Positions 24,101 through 38,600 of a stretch of 64,000 nt of DNA are shown here, one piece after another. Source of the stretch: Eledone cirrhosa (Eukaryota). Each line of letters opens with the position of its first letter. The stretch's first letter is position 1. The stretch spans positions 102,300,001 to 102,364,000 of the forward strand of contig OZ024740.1 of the NCBI GenBank assembly GCA_964016885.1. Direction: 5' to 3'. The notes beneath the pieces are model-generated. The model saw only the letters and a list, made by a program, of their open reading frames with translations, ran no database searches and was not told the origin of the DNA. Position numbers and translations under genes: made by a program.

Positions 24101-24277
24101 ATCTTGTTGGTCATATATTTTGCAATATTTAAACTAACATAATTTCAACAACCTCTGGTCACATGGTCACTTTTTATGACAACATTCAGTTATAACACTA
24201 TTGAATGGCATAAGCTAATATGAAATTATTGGCAAAGAACAATGAAATATTGTTTGTCTAAAACAATCTATAATCCC

Positions 24278-24278
24278 C

Positions 24279-24343
<65 letters not shown>

Positions 24344-24346
24344 ATA
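24278..24346. repeat. (CT)n(AT)n microsatellite
   Basis: Direct reading. Confidence 0.9.
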
Positions 24347-25212
24347 TTTCAACCAAAAATAGTAATTTCTGATTATGTGAAGCACATCCAAATTTCCACC
24401 TAATATCACCTAGAAATTTGGAACAGCTTTTTCATATTCTATATTGTTGATTGACATATCATGATCCACTTAATTCCTGATAATCCCACTTTTCACAGAC
24501 AGTATTATCGGAAGCATTACCACTTAACTAGTTCAGCTATCTATCTATCCATTCCCATTTTCAGTTTCTAACCTTTTATATCATCTCTTGACAGAACATT
24601 TAGGGAAACCATTAATATTGATAACTTCATTGCCACGACCTACCTAAACACACTAAGATATAATCTGGTTATCTTATCCTAAAATTATTTCATCACTCTC
24701 TAATAGTACCATCGATCACAAACTAGTAATGACTGGTATCAACCAGAGCAGCAAGGGGTCAAAGAAAATTTAGACTGCAAAGATCAAAAATTATCAAAAG
24801 GGATTCCTTACTTATTAAAACAAGGAAAGGATATAGAATGAAAGAAATCTACCTCACTCATTCTTATTCCAGCATGATTAAAAAAAAGGAGACATGAAAT
24901 CAATAGTAGAGGCAGTGTGGTAGTGGATATAGTGGTGATACTAATGGTGAGAATAGTGAAATAGTGATAGTGGTAAAGGTGTTGGTGGTATTGTTATTGT
25001 TTCAACTAGATTGAACAAAAGTTTCTATTCATGACCACCCCACCCCCAATTTATTTTCAAGCATAGTGTATCTTGGAAAACACCTATCCAATATGTCTCA
25101 TTTTGGAATAATAGGGAGTAATTTGAAGAAGATTTAGCTGCTTATTTTAGCAGATCGGGTGACCATGTGGAAGCTCCTCCCCCCCATACTGATAATACTG
25201 GTGGTTGTGGTT

Positions 25213-25245
<33 letters not shown>

Positions 25246-26206
25246 ATGGTGGATGAGGGTAGCAACAGCAGCAGCATGGGTAGTAGTGAAGGCAACATGT
25301 GTGGCAGAATTGACAATGAGGAAGAAGAGATGATTCTCTTATTGGTTTCAGTTATTAAACAGCTGCCATGCTGAGGCACCACCCCCAGTGATCATACCAA
25401 TCTCAGTGATTATTTTCAGTCTGGTATTTATTTTATCAATCTATATTTGAGTGGCTAAATTAGCTTTTCAAAACAATACCTGTTTTTTATACTGGTAAAC
25501 ATAAACACACATACGCACATACACACATACACATATATTAATCATTATCATCATCATCATCGTTTAATGTCTATTTTCCATACTAGCATGGGTTAGACGG
25601 GTTGTCCTGTTTGATGCAAGTCGGGTCAGGTGACCAAATCTTGCTCAAACAAAATTGTTTTGGGCTTGGTTTCTATGGCTGAATGTCCTTCCTAATGTCT
25701 TACATACTATACCACTGGTACTGCCAGTCCCTCTATTGGGTTTACTTGGGGCAAACTATTTTCTTCCCATGCATTCTCCTCATTCAGTCATCTTTCATAT
25801 TGACACTTCCATGCTACCTTCTTTTCAGCATCAGTGAGTGCCGTGTACACCATTATCATCTCAGACACATTTCTCTTCATCAATATCAATTTTACCTGAC
25901 ACATTGTTTTGCAATGTTGAACACTTCACACCTTTGGTCCTCACTATATATATATATATAGTGCAAAGAGTTTCCAAAGAAGAGATCAAGGAAAAAATGT
26001 TGTCTTTGTAATGTACAGAGCCTGAAGATAACTAAATTACTAGACTAGACATAGAATGTCCTATGTTCTGGGCTGGTTGAAGTTTGAAACCTTAAGTAAC
26101 ATGCATTTGTGTTGAGAACAGCATAGGACATAGACATTCTATGTCTGCTAATTTAGTTATAATATATACATATATATATTATATATAGGGGATATATATT
26201 AATATT

Positions 26207-26512
26207 TTTCTTCTTCTTCTTCACCCACTTATTCCTGAGAGGGTCCTAGAGACAGTCCTCAAAGACTCCTTCCAGCAGGTCCTGTCAGAGCAACTGTCTC
26301 CAACTGATCCAGCTGGATCCCCAAGCATGACCAGCCAAGCTCATGGATGTTATCCAGCCATCTTGCTGGGTTTCTTTGCCCGAAAATCTGTTCAGTGATT
26401 CTTTCCTGAGACATTTAAAAAACATGCCCATAGTATCAGAGCTGTGATCTCTCAATTCAGAGAGGTAGCAGCTCTACCTGGAGTGACTCTCTGATCTCCG
26501 AGTTATGCACTT
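26207..26512 (-). mobile_element. short 3' fragment of an RTE-like LINE with a (GAA)n tail
   Basis: Minus strand resembles an RTE C-terminus (GHV.R, G..PARW, DR..W) and ends in gaagaagaa. Confidence 0.5.
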
Positions 26513-26589
26513 TGATATTTTAATTAATTATTTTGATTTATCGATTAGTTGATATTAGTTGTATTAATTCTATTGATAACTCTAATCAA

Positions 26590-28505
26590 TTTGTTCAACT
26601 GGGATTTCTTGGCACTTCTTTACCCAACGGTCATCCTCCATGCGCATCACATGTCGATACCATCTCAGCCTTCTCTCCTGCACACCACAAATTATCCCTC
26701 TTATACCCAGTTTCTTTCTCAACTCGTCTATGCTTGGGTGTTCACGCACATTGGCATTGCACATCCAATGGAGCATACTGGCTTCAATTTTCTCCAGCCG
26801 TCGTATATCTTCTGCAGTTGCTGCCCATGTCTCACTACCTTGCAGCATCGCGCATCTCACACAGGCATCATATAACCGTCCCTTCTTAGTCAACAGAGGA
26901 AGCATCTCCCTAAACTTCTTCCAACCAGTCCTTATTTGAGATACTATGGCCTCAGAACACCCCTCCCCCTCCCATGCTAATCTGATCACCTAGGTACCAG
27001 AAGCTATCAACCATTTCTATAGAACCCACCTGCATTGGAAAAATGTGTCTCTCACTGCGATTACTAATGCCAACTTTCCCTGTACATCTACAGCATACAT
27101 AGTTTTCCCTACCTGTTAGTTTGTCTGCTATCCTACTACATCTCTTGTGTACCCAAGATCTGCATTGCATACATTTTATGGAATTTATGCCAGTTCCTTT
27201 CCTACATACCGAACATGGTAATTTCCCCGATGGAATCAGAGTATTGTCCTCTCTTCTACTTATCAACACTTTTGCTTTAGCTATGTTCACTCTCAGGCCT
27301 CTTGATTCCAACTGTTGTTTCCATAGCCAGAATTTATTCTCTCGCTCCTCTATTGATTCTGCTATAAGAACCAGATCATCAGCATAGAGAAGTTCCCATG
27401 GGCAGCCAGTCTTAAACTCCTCTGTTATGGCTTGGAGGACTATAATGAACAAGACTGAGCTGAGGACCAAACCCTGATGTACACCTACTTGTATCTGGAA
27501 TTCCTCACTAAACTCCATTCCTATTCTCACTTTACTGACAGCACCCCTGTACATATCTTGCACTGTCCTCACAAGCTATTCCTCTATACCTAGTTTCCTT
27601 AGGGACCACCAGATGACATATTGGGGTACCCTATCAAAGGCCTTCTCTAGGTCAATAAAAGCTAAGTATAGTGGCTTATTCTTCTCTAAGAACCTCTCTT
27701 GTAGTTGCCTCACTAAGAAGAGGGCATCTGTTGTACTTTTTCGAGGCACAAACTGCATCTCATCTAATTTGACTCTTTCTCTAATCAGTTGCACTAATAT
27801 TCTCTCTGCCACTTTCATAACCTGATCCATCAGCTTTATGCCCCTATAATTGCTCCTCTCTAGAGCATCCCTTTTACCTTTGTAGCAATTTATGAGAATA
27901 CTGCTGCACCAGTCTTTGGGTATGACACCACCATGTATAGCTTGATTAATGATGCTTGCAACTAGTTTAGTGCCTACTTCTCCTGATGCCCTCATCATCT
28001 CAGCAACTATCCCTGACGGTCCAGCAGCCTTACCAATCTTCATTTCCTTAATTGCCTCTTGTACCCTATATTCGTCAATCTCAATAGCTGGTCGCTCTGT
28101 CGGGTCTACTGGGGGTAATTTCTCTCTGTTCCATTCGTTCTCCACATTCATCAGTCACTCATAATGACATTTCCAGGACTCCTTTTTTTTATCAATCGTG
28201 ACACTATGTACACCGGCATCATTCCGGACACACTTATCTCCAACAACATCCTGATTTGTACTGACACACTGCCTTGCAATGCGGACCACCACATGTCTCT
28301 AATCTTCCCGTCACAGAACATTGGCAAACCTCCTACTCTCAGCATCCCTGCGTGCTAAGTACACCTGATGTTTAGCTTCTCTCTTAGCGGCTGTGTATCC
28401 TTCTCTACTCCCACTGTTTTTCCAAGCCTTCCATGCCAGTCTTTTGTCTCTAACGGCCCTATCTACCATGCTGTTCTACCATCAGGTCACTCTCCGTCTG
28501 GTTGA
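26590..28505 (-). mobile_element. RTE-clade LINE fragment (family B), RT region
   Basis: KAAGPSG, NYRGIKL, DLEKAFDRVP, GVHQG, LLYADDLV, a Cys-rich insert (C..C..C..C..H..C), YLG, RRLRWY.HV.R. Confidence 0.9.
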
Positions 28506-28770
28506 AGCTCTGTCCCAACCACAAGTTTCATCAGTAGCCTGATAATCCCATCTCCTTTTGCATTTTTTTTTCCATTGTCTTTGTTCTGTGCACTCCAATT
28601 TGAAGTTATATTCTAAAGTCTTAGTCATGCAGGCTTTTTTTGAAACTATCATATAAGACATCACACTGCCCTGTCTGTCTCTATTCTCCCTTCTTAACTT
28701 TTCTATACCTCAGTGTCATTCTTTTTTGTTTGCACATTGGACCACAGTCCTTATTATTCTCTTCTGTTTT

Positions 28771-28955
28771 GGATTGGCAGTATTGGTAGAGGATCGGACG
28801 CCATGCTTTGATGCATAGAGTTACGGCCCTTGCTATTCTGAGTTTAAATCCCGCCGAGGTTAACTTTGCCTTTCATCCTTACGGGGTCGATAAAATAAAG
28901 TACCAGTAATGCACTGGTAATTGCTGGCCTTGTGCCAAAAGTAGAAACAATTATT
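28771..28955 (+). mobile_element. (ATT)n-tailed SINE with 18-bp target-site duplication
   Basis: TSD attattctcttctgtttt at 28753-28770 and 28950-28967. Confidence 0.92.
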
Positions 28956-29266
28956 CTCTTCTGTTTTAATATTTCTCTCTTTTCTAGATTTTTTTCCTTT
29001 GCCCACTATTCTATTCCTTCTTTGTCAGCTGATGCACTTGAGATGCTTTTTCTTCTTTATTTGTGTAATTTTCCCTAAAGGTGTAACTTGTCTCTACCTG
29101 TTTCTTATGTCCCAATGTGCACTGGAATGAATATCAACATTAATGAACTGAAACTGTAGTGATTTCCAGGGGTTGACTGAGAAGATAGGATTATCTGTCT
29201 TTACATTGTTTTTCTCATTGTCTTTGTCCAGTGTGTCTCTATGTTGAATATATATATACACACACA

Positions 29267-31560
29267 TCATCATCATCACCGTTTTATATCCGTTCTTCCA
29301 CGCTAGCATGGGTAGACGGGTTGTCCTGTTGTGGGCAGTGTCCGGTTGGCTGACTTTGTCATGCTCATATGGGAACTGATTCTGGCATGATTTCTACAGC
29401 TGGATGCCCTTCCTAACACCAACCTCATTTACAGTGAGTGCTGGTGCTTTTTTTCTGTGGCTCCTACACGACCACTTTGAAGTGGAGGGTAGTGGGGGCA
29501 TATTGTCTATATGCTTCAGCTTCGGCTTGTACTTATGGGAAGTCGGGTCTTCTGTATTACTGCGTGACACCAGAGGTCACGGTCGTGTGTCATCACCTTT
29601 GAGAGGTGCAATTGGGTAAGGTCTGCTTTTATCACCTCATCCCAGGTCTTCTTGGGTCTCCCCACTCCGCGGATTCCATCAACTTCTAGTGCTCTGCACC
29701 TTTTTATGCAGCTGTTATCCATCATACGCATCACATGTCCATACAAACGCAACCTCCTCTCCTGCACACAGCATTTGATTCCTCTTATGCTCAGTCTCTC
29801 TCTCAATTCGCTTATGCTTTGCCGTTCGCGTATATCACTATTACACATCCATTGGAGCATGCAAGCTTCATTTCTATGCAAGTCTTCTACAGCACCCAGG
29901 TCTCACTACCATTTAACATTGCTGTTCATATACACGCATCATACAGTCTGCCTTTCATTTTGAGGGAAAAGCCTTTTGCAGCTAGCAGTGGCAGTAGCTC
30001 CCTGAACTTCTTCCATCCTGTTCTTACCCTAGTTATTGTACTTTCCGAACACCCACCTCCGCTGCTAATTCGGTCACCTAGGTAGCAGAAGCTGTCTACT
30101 GTTTCTACAGAGCCCCCCCAGAGTTTGGTGGTGCTTGTTTCCTGTGGCCGTTTGCTGTTTGCTGTCCCAGCACAGCTGCTACATGTGAAGCCTACATTCT
30201 TAGTTAAGCTTCCTGAGATTCCACTACATCTCTTGTGTACCCATTGTTTGCATTTGGGGAAGAGGATGGAGTTCCTACCTACACCTTTCCTATATACTGA
30301 GCAAGGCCATTTCCAAGAGGGAATCTGGTTTCTGTTTTCTCATCTACTTACGAGGACCTTAGTCTTGTCAGGTTGACTTTGAGACCCTGTCTTTCTAGTC
30401 GCTGCTTCCATGTTTGGAATTTCTTCTCTAGTTCCACCATAGATTCGACTATAAGTGTGAGATCATCCGCATACAAGAGTTCCCATGGGCATCCGGTCTT
30501 AAACACTCCTCCGTTATTGTCTGCAAACCTATGATGAACAGGAGAGGGCTAAAATCAGAGCCCTGGTGGACGCCGACCTGTATGCTAAATTCCTCGCTAT
30601 AGTCATTGCTAACCCTAACTTTGCTGACTGCTCCCCCAGCTTTCACAAGCCATTCATCTACTCCTAATTTTCCAAGAGCCCACCAGATTATAGCACGGGG
30701 GACTCTGTCGAAGGCTTTTTCCAGATCGACAAATGCCAGGTAGAGCGGCTTACTTTTAGCTAGGTACTTTTCCTGTAACTGCCTCACAAGGAAGAGGGCA
30801 TCAGTGGTGCCTTTTTCTGGCACAAACCCGCATTGCATCTCATCTAGTTTTACCCGGTCCCTAATCAACTGTGCTATAACTCTTTCCGTTACTTTCATGA
30901 CCTGGTCCATCAGCTTTATACCTCTATAGTTTCCTCTATCTAGTGCATCACCTTTACCTTTGTAGCAGTTGACAATGATGCTGCTGCACCAATCCTTTGG
31001 TATGACACCTTCTTGTATTACCTGGTTAACAATACGTGTGGTTATGGAGTGACCCACTATACCCGATAGACCGGTTGCCTTCCCGATCTTTGATTGCCTT
31101 ACTTACTACACTGCTGCTGACTTGTACTGCTGGCCCCTCTATAGGGTCCACTTGGGGTAGGGTCTCTTTTTCCCATGCATTTTTCTCATTTAGTAATCTT
31201 TCATAATGGCTCTTCCATGTATCTTTCTTCTCAGCACTTGTGAGGACAAGCTCACCTTTATTATTCCGGATACACTTCTCTCCAATGACATCACAATTCT
31301 CTCTGACACACTGCCTCGCAATCCTGAACATCTCCTGTTTCTGGTCCTCACGTTGAAAAACATGCTTGAATTTTCTATCCTTTGCTTCCCTTCTACCTAA
31401 GTATACTTGTCGCCTAGCTTCCCTCCTGGTCTCTATGTAATGTACCATGCTTCCCCAGTTCTTCCATTCTTTCCATGCCTGTCTCTTAGCCTTAACTGCC
31501 TCATCTACCTTATTGTACCACCACCAAGTCACTCTCCTCCTCCCTGTGGTCTTGCTCGTC
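29267..31560 (-). mobile_element. RTE-clade LINE (family A), 5'-truncated, with long 3' UTR and (TGA)n tail
   Basis: WWYN, NYRGIKL, DLEKAFDRVP, GVHQGS, RRLRLYGHVMR, GRPKKTW, DRDLW; 3' UTR 29515-29280; tail gatgatgatg. Confidence 0.9.
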
Positions 31561-31587
31561 AGTCGCCTTATATGATGATGATGATGA

Positions 31588-31640
<53 letters not shown>

Positions 31641-31718
31641 ATCATCATCATCATCATTTAACGTCTATCTTCCACGCTAGCATGGGTTAGACGGTGTTTA
31701 TATATATATATATATATA

Positions 31719-32103
31719 AGACGATGACACACGACCGTGACCTCTGGCGTCACGCAGTAATACAGAGTACCCAAACTCCCATGGGTACAAGCTGAAGCAT
31801 ATAGACAATATGCCCCCACACCCTCCCACTGCAAGGTGGTCGTGGAGGTACCACAGCAAAAAAGCACCCAGCCCACACTGTAAAGTGGACGTCTACGCGC
31901 CACGGAAAAAAGCACCCAGCACTCACTGTAAATGAGGTTGGTGTTAGGAAGGGCATCCAGCTGTAAAAATCAAGCAAAAATCAGTTCCTGTATGAGAAAG
32001 GCATGGTCAGTCGACCAGACACTGCCCACAACAGGACAACCAGTCTAACCCATGCTAGCATGGAAGAACGGACGTAAAAACGGTGATGATGATGATGATG
32101 ATA
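31719..32103 (+). mobile_element. 5'-truncated RTE family A 3' end
   Basis: Homologous to the reverse complement of 29267-29595; follows (AT)n and ends in (GAT)n. Confidence 0.85.
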
Positions 32104-33152
32104 AGGACTTTGAAGTTTTAGCCTGGTCACTTCGTCTGGCAGCCACTTTTCTACTTTGAAAATAAAATTTACACTATACCAATTAACATTGAGTGCTTAA
32201 GCAGTTAATGTTTGAATAATGTGTTATTTTAAACACACATTATATATTTATATATAGATTAAGTTTAATTCACACACATATACATATATATATATACACA
32301 CACACACACGCACACATATATATATGTGAGTGTGTGATGTGTGCATGTATGTATAAAGAAAGCATGTGTTTAAAACATGGTCAGCAGATTTGGAAAATTA
32401 AATTATATTTTGCCTTAGTTTTGACTAAATAAAATAATCTAATAACGGGGTGTATAATCCAACCAAATGGAAAAAGATAGGCATCAGCGTACAGAGTCTT
32501 CCCCTACCAAAATTCCATTCACAAGGTATTTGTCAGCCTGTGGCTAGATTAGAAAAAAAATATTAGCCCAAGGATTTGTAAAGTGGAGTTGAACCTAGAG
32601 TCTTTTAAAGCAGATATTCTAACCACACAGGCATGCCTGCTGCACGAAAGAAGAAAAAACAGCAGAGATAATTCCAATGAACACTCAATGAAATAATAAG
32701 CTACCACCAGACTACACATGATTATTCTGTGGAGACTGAAGTTGTATCATCTCACAATTAAACACACTCAGCTATATTTATATTGAGTTAGTAGAAATTA
32801 TAGATGAAAAGAAATTACAATTTGATTAAATTAATATTTCCTTTGTTGCCAAAAATATTTGTCACACTTTCAATTTTTCATATCTTTCCATATCTTTCAA
32901 GAATTACTGTTTTCAAAGAAATGCATAAATTTTGCAAACAAGGAAAATTATTCAATAATTAATTGGAATTCTAATGTTTAAGAGATACGTTTTAATATAG
33001 TTTTCAAATAGTAATACTTTTTTTTCAATTAGCAATAGTAACGATGCCTCAAATAAACCCTATTAAGCTGTGATATTGTTTCTGATTTTTCAACCCAGTT
33101 TGTCTCCTGAGAATTTCTTTTTAACTCTTTTAATCATTTTTTCTTTCCAGAA

Positions 33153-33258
33153 ATGAGTTGTATTTTTGGATATTTACAAGGTTTTTACTACATGGAGAAA
33201 ATGTTATGGCTTCATTTATATCTTGGTTTACTGTCTGCAGGTTTCATCACAACCGAAG
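33153..33258 (+). CDS. kirre: probable first coding exon (signal peptide) of the Kirre/NEPH-like gene
   Basis: Pyrimidine tract + CAG acceptor at 33150; ATGs at 33153, 33192 and 33201; MEKMLWLHLYLGLLSAGFITTE is hydrophobic; donor AAG|gtaaac in phase 1 joins in frame (G+CC = Ala) to exon 41527. Confidence 0.6.
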
Positions 33259-34829
33259 GTAAACTATACTCAAATGTTTTTTTATATATCATATCTGATA
33301 CCCTGTCACTGAATTCATTCCCTTCTCAAAGCAACAATCAACAGTATATTTTGAACCAGGGAGAGAGGACCTGTGTGGTCACTCAACAGGATAGAAATAA
33401 TAGCCAATCTCAATTAAGTCACATCCCACAGCAGAACTTTCCAAATTTTTCACATTGGTGATAGTTTTTTAGAATAATTCTTTTTATGACACATTCATTA
33501 TATTTTGTTAGCAATACAAAATCAATAAATAAACAATGCAATTTCACATCACGTCTAATTATACACAGAGTTGTCAGATCTCAAATATACTTTCACTGTC
33601 AAATATAAAAATTGATTTTATTTAATTCCACACATGTATAAAAGTTGTTCAGATTTTATTTAGTTTCCCATATAGTTCGGAAGCCTCTGCCCTAGTCTTA
33701 AAAAGGACACATCAGTTAAAGTAGTATTAGATGTATTATGTCTAGAAAAAAAGAGAAAAAACATGATGATCATGACTGGAACATCTTTGATCAGATGTTT
33801 GCCTGATAATGACTGATCCATGGCTAAATGAAAACGCCAATCAACAACATAATTGCTATTAAGGCAGTATGGTGTGATATGAGGGAGAGAGATTTGTTTG
33901 CTATTTCTAGAGCTCAAACGATCATGTAGAGGCTCCTTTGTTGACTAATTATTGGAGATAAGGGTAGTGATGACAGAACTGAAGCAAAGGACATCAATAA
34001 CAAAGTTAATTTGATCTTGGAATAATTTGAATTTAGCATTGCAAGTTGACACAGAGAAACAGGGACAAAGAGAAAAATTAGAAAACGTGACAAAAATAGA
34101 AAAATGGGAAAATGAGACAAAGAGGGAGTGAAAGAGAGAGAGAGAAATGGTCTTGTTAATTAATTATGTAAGGTATAGTGGTTATGGTGTTATTCATTTA
34201 CTGGTTTCAGTCATTAAATTACAGCCATACGGAGGCAACACCTTAAATATGTACATGAACAAAATGATGCAGGATTGAGATGAGTGAAGGTTTTTCATAT
34301 TTCCTAATTGCTACTATATTGCATCCTTAAGCAAAATACATTACTCTGATTGGTCCAATTTTCCTCACTCACTCATAAAACCCCCCAAAAAACAAATGTT
34401 TCCACTCTGATTTCATGTTTGAGTAGTTAGTTGTAGAAAGTTCATCTAACTGTAAAAACAATTGCTTCAATAGCCTCCCACCTCCTTATGCAAACGCAGC
34501 AGGAAAAAAAATGGATGTAGTACAAAGCAGCAAAAAGGAAATGGTTGATTCTGTATTCCTAAAATTATTGAGTGCCAAGAAAATTTTGAATAAAAAAACT
34601 ATTGATCAGCTACTTTTTCATATTTTATGTGTATGAGTGTGTAATAGAAAAAAAATAACACTTTGAGGTTAAGATGCTATAATTTCCAATAAGAATTGAA
34701 TCACACGCCTGCAGTTTTCTTGCCTGTCAAAGGATATTGCCTTCTTCTCAGCATTGGAATTTAATTCATCTTACTTTGGGTTAATTTTCATATTTATAGC
34801 TTGCTGATGCCTGAGTCTATAGAGAATTC

Positions 34830-34978
34830 GATATGGTTATGTGGTTAAGAAATTTGCTTCATAACTACATGGTCTTAGGTTCAATCCCACTGTAGAGCCC
34901 TTTGGACAAGTATCTTGAGTTGACTAATGCCTTCTCAGTGAAATTTGATAGACAGAGAATGGACAGAAGCCCATTATA
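34830..34978 (+). mobile_element. tRNA-derived SINE of a second family (other copies ~45630-45790 +, ~49750-49890 -, ~32490-32635 -)
   Basis: tggttatgtggttaagaa...ggttcaatcccactg...ggacaagt recurs in the window with A/B-box-like motifs. Confidence 0.65.
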
Positions 34979-34981
34979 TAT

Positions 34982-35668
34982 ATGACTTCTCTTCAGGAAG
35001 CAGCCGCCCTCGTTGGCCTTCATCTCAACGAGGGTAAAACAGAGTACATATCAAACTGTACAGGCAACAACATCAAAGCAATCAACAGCAGTGATATCAA
35101 GCAAGTTGAGGATTTCAAGTATCTTGGGTCCTGGATCATGAACTCTGAAAAGGATTTTGCCACCAGAAAAGCCCAAGCATGGTCAGCTTGCAACAAGATG
35201 GATCAAGTTTGGTGCTCAAATCTTTCCAACCACACCAAAGTCAGACTCTTCCAAGTAACAATTCAACCAATCTTGCTCTATGGAAGTGAAACATGGATGC
35301 TTTCATCCAAACAACAAAAGTGCCTTGATGGCACCTACACTTACCTACTTCAACGCATTCAGAACATAAGCTGGCGACATCTGACTTTGAAAGAAATCTA
35401 TGCCGGCCTCCCCTCTTATCTGACATTGTACGAAAAAGGAGAGTAAGATTTGCTGGCCACTGCCATCATACCACCTATGAGACTGTGTCCCCATTAGTAC
35501 TTTGGAAACCACAAGCAGTCACTAATAACAGGGGGCGCAAGCTCTCCTGTCCCGATGTCATCTCCAGAGATTCTGGTATTGAAATCCAGGATTTGGCAAC
35601 GGCAATGAATGACAGACCCACATGGAGATCCATTGTTGAGGCCGCTAGATGATTATGATGATGATGAT
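34982..35668 (+). mobile_element. 3' fragment of an RTE/RTEX-like LINE
   Basis: GLHLNEGKTEY, FKYLGS, LLYGSETW, FAGHC; (TGA)n tail. Confidence 0.8.
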
Positions 35669-38600
35669 ATATGTGTATATATGAGTGTGGTAATGGGCTT
35701 TCAGTTGAAAACAATGTACACATAGCTGGTTGTTTAATACTACTCTTTGAATTAGCATGTAAAATGGCTGATTGTTTCAGTGACATGTGTACCCTTATTG
35801 TAATTCTCAAGTAAAATCAGCATGACACCTATGTCTACCCAGTTTCATTTATTTATCAACACTGAAAGGATAAAAGGCAAAAGTGACATTGTGGGATTTT
35901 AACTCGGAGCTCAGCAGCCAAAATGAACTTTGCAAAGCATTCTGTTTGATGTTCTAATGACAATTTATTCTTTCAGGCTTTCTGTGCTCTGAGTTAAAAT
36001 GTTGCTGAGGTCCACATTGCCTTTCATATCCTTTCAAGGTTAATTAATAAAGCAGCATTCCAGTACTGAGGTCGATTCTTCCTCTATCTCTTTTTCTCTG
36101 CATTTCTGTTGAAATAAATTGGAATGTACTCCACCAGGTTTAAATGTTCAAGCCATGTTGTATATCGCAGTGGTGCCCATATGACTCGATCAAGTGTTTG
36201 GGGCATGAAGTATATGTATATATGTTGTATATAGCAGGGAAAGTAGACATTAAGACGACGACAATGATGATGATGATGATGATGATGTGTGTGTGTTTAC
36301 TGTTTGTGTTTATATATGATTTTACTTTTTATTTGTTACTGCCGATGGTGATATTTGTTTATGTACTACATAATCAAGTTCAGTGGTTCAGTATACAAAC
36401 TGAAAACATGTAAAGGTTGGGAAAGGGATCTGGCAGTAGAATATTGCCTCAAAAGCCTCAAGGAAAAAGCAGGCATGAAAACGGTGATAATGATGATAGG
36501 GGTTAGAGGTCGGAATTTATATAGAAGTCTAAATGAAAATAGACTATATCATTTGTAGGAAATCAAACTAAGAATCTGAGATTTTCTTGCTGTTTTTTCA
36601 GAGTTCTTCTCACTAGAAATTCATCTCCATATTAACACAATCCGTTATCACTAAACCTGATAGAAACAGTAGCTATATTTCCCTCGAATAACACCCTATC
36701 ATTTTTAAAAAGAAAGGAAACATTTAACAATGTATGTCCATATATACAATATCTGTTGTTGGTGTAACAAAAAATCTTCTATGTACTTACTTGATCTGCT
36801 TAGAATATCCAAATGTTTCTTGACCCTCTTCTTACCATATTTCTAATGAAAGACACAATTCATTATTTTCATTTAATTTCAAAAATAACCAAAAATTTGA
36901 GAGATTGAGTCATATAACTAACTCTCTCATTAAGATGGATTTAAAACAACAATTTTTTTTTGCATAAAATTATGATGGAAGTTTTAATCCTTTCATTGCC
37001 AGTGAATCCTTCCATTTCAAGTGAAATACACTGTATTTGAATTAATTAATATAAAAATTAGAGGGAATCACTAAAATTATTAATTATTCCATTATTAACT
37101 CTTTTGATGCCAACCTGCCCAGAGCCACCTTTGTTTCTATGAAACAAGGCCACTCGTTTTAAGGGGTTCCAATTTAAATTAATATCTTCCAACATAATAT
37201 GGCATAAGAACCTTTTGTTTTGGTTATGTTACAAATACCATCTTAATAATGAATTAATTAATAATCTTAGTAAATTCCTCTAAATCCTTCATTAATTAAT
37301 CCAAATACAATGTGTTTCATTATAAATATGCCCATGAAAGGATTAAGATAGTGTGTGTAACATGACTCAACAAAAGGTTCTTATATCTAATGAGGTGGAA
37401 GATTTTGATTTAAATAGGTATCTGTTAAAATGGATTGATTTGTTTCATAGAATCAGAGGCAGTTTTGGCTGAGTTGGCATCAAAAGGATTAGATGTCGAT
37501 GTGAAAATTTCAAAACAAATAGCTTTGCATCATAGAACCAGGGGTGGTTTCTGGTGGTTTAATGTGAAAAGGGTTAAACTACCTTCCCTCCAAACCTCTA
37601 TAAATTAGGTACTGTTTGTATAAAATCTGAATATTAGGATAACATAGTTCGATTCCAATAAAGCAGGATGGCCTTAAAAAAATGTCTGTTGGAATATTTT
37701 GGGGATTAACTGGCTTCTTGGCATTTCTACTGTTACTACAATGGCATTTGTTCCTCTGGACTAGCTCACTATATATTATTTCCACCCATACCCATGTCTA
37801 ACCCATGTTAGCGTGGAAGATGGACGTTAAACGAAGATGATGATTATGATGATGACCCACCATATCTCTATCATCTCTTGGTTCACTTAAGATGAGATGA
37901 TTTAGAGCAGCTACTCAATACAACATATACTACATCATATCTAGATTGTAATGTTTGAAATCCATATCTGTATATAGATGATTGTTCTATTTTTGTATGT
38001 ATCAAGTATATACAGCGTGTTAGTTAAAATACAATTAGTTAATATAAAATCAAAATATATATGATTGGGAAGCTGATACTTTAGATCAGCCATGGTCAGT
38101 TATGCTCAAAGAAACTAATAACAGAAGTTACCAATCAAACAAAACGTTTGAGACAAAGAAAGAGTTTCTATGTAGTTTCCAATCTGCTAGAAATAGCAAC
38201 CACACGACCTACAAATCACTCTACTATCTCAAGGAAACGATTAACATATTGAATATTGTACACCATGAGGCATTATATCTAGAGAAAGAAAGACATGATG
38301 GTTTTGGTTGAAATGGCTTTAAGTCATCAGTCTACTCAACTGGAGCTGATCTGGTGTTAAACAACAACAAAACATTTGAATAACAGTTTTGGCTACAGAC
38401 AAGTTATTTTTATTGGGGAGCATTTCATCCCATGTTTTATGACATGCAGTCCCATTCTTAAAGATAATCGTAATGTGATTGCTATATTGAATGTAATAAG
38501 GCATATAATGTTACCTCACTCATCTTAAACATAACAAGATTTTTAGTTGTTCAAAGTTTTAAGGGAATTTCTTCATAGTTTTTGGGGCTTGTTGCAGAAA

